Shown: one piece after another, positions 63,952 to 64,000 of the stretch
Position numbering within the stretch: the first letter of the stretch is position 1
How the letters are laid out: each line of letters begins with the position of its first letter
Assembly (NCBI GenBank): GCA_951406725.2
Contig: OX597815.1
Coordinates: 66,588,001-66,652,000, forward strand
Source: Octopus vulgaris
Lineage: Eukaryota
Direction: 5' to 3'
Length of the DNA: 64,000 nt
Position numbers and translations under genes: made by a program
Notes under the pieces: generated by a model
What the model was told of the DNA's origin: nothing
Databases searched by the model: none
Seen by the model: the letters and a program-made list of their open reading frames with translations, nothing else

Positions 63952-64000
63952 CATGTGTGTGTGTATCTTTGCGTCTGTGTTTGTTCCCCTACTAACGCTT

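Overview
Repeat-rich eukaryotic DNA. It is AT-rich, with dense microsatellites, tRNA-derived SINEs and LINEs, and the repeat content suggests a cephalopod such as Octopus (inference). I find one host protein-coding gene: a two-coding-exon DDIT4/REDD1 (scylla/charybde-like, RTP801_C) mTORC1 inhibitor on the minus strand (CDS 26776-26575 joined to 18926-18415, 237 aa). It has a TATA/octamer/CCAAT promoter, a uORF-rich leader and a ~1.8 kb 3'UTR. The rest is mobile DNA: two abundant SINE families; RTE, Tx1/L1, R4/Dong-like and CRE-like LINE remnants; and maT (DD37D), mariner, hAT and Merlin-like DNA elements. Four observations stand out. (1) An ORF1-only, RT-less retroelement with a 13-bp TSD sits inside a SINE tRNA head. 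(2) That element, a SINE family and a Tx1-like LINE share a 3'-terminal motif, suggesting a three-member mobilisation system. (3) A Tx1-like and a Dong-like LINE are joined head-to-head between (TAA)n tracts. (4) Several long perfect or near-perfect inverted repeats are present. All calls were made by eye without database searches, so repeat boundaries are approximate.
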